A stretch of DNA of 64,000 nucleotides, taken from Eledone cirrhosa. Its lineage: Eukaryota. This document shows, in pieces, positions 63,762 through 64,000 of the stretch (its first letter is position 1; each line of letters starts with the position of its first letter). Where the stretch lies: assembly GCA_964016885.1 (NCBI GenBank), contig OZ024745.1:73346001-73410000 (forward strand), written 5' to 3'. Below the pieces are notes generated by a model, which did no database searches, was not told where the DNA came from, and saw nothing but the letters and a program-made list of their open reading frames with translations. The position numbers were made by a program, and so were the translations under genes.

Positions 63762-64000
63762 ATATATATATATATATATATATGGGATAACAAATTATCG
63801 TTATAGGTAATCCAGTTAGAGGTTGTGAATACTCCGTATTGTGGATAGTTTTAGCGTACGGCTTTGTTTGACTCAACAAGAGGTTTCCTTAGGTAGTAAG
63901 CTTGCGAGTTCTCTGGAATTCCTATGCAGGTTAATCTTGGAATAATAATAGTGAAAGAGTGAAGAATAACATGGTCAACAGTACAAAAAGGGTTTTATTT

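Noticed and set aside
63783-64000. Sequence starting right after (TA)n, possibly another PLE end
   Set aside because: Cut off by the window edge, with no diagnostic motif visible.

Overview
AT-rich, microsatellite-dense eukaryotic DNA, probably a coleoid cephalopod such as Octopus (inferred from the repeat landscape, not verified). I recognise no host protein gene; the window is almost all mobile DNA. Main contents: (1) an intact, very young Penelope-like element (RT + GIY-YIG ORF 3010-5472) with 1.34-kb pseudo-LTRs carrying hammerhead ribozymes (HHR), preceded by an inverted partial copy and ending in (TA)n. (2) About a dozen short insertions from several unrelated families inside (TA)n tracts, carrying intact, variant or decayed type I hammerheads. 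These include a 466-bp retrozyme-like partial tandem and several asymmetric fold-back palindromes; one fold-back duplicated neighbouring non-PLE DNA. (3) Three co-oriented Tx1/L1-clade LINE insertions stacked in (GATA)n, sharing a structured 5' UTR. (4) RTE-clade LINE remnants, more than 20 tRNA-derived SINE copies, mariner and pogo fossils, and several MITEs. The best candidates for an undescribed system are the (TA)n-targeted hammerhead/fold-back elements and the (GATA)n-associated Tx1 family. All coordinates and pairings were read by eye, and boundaries of decayed elements are approximate.
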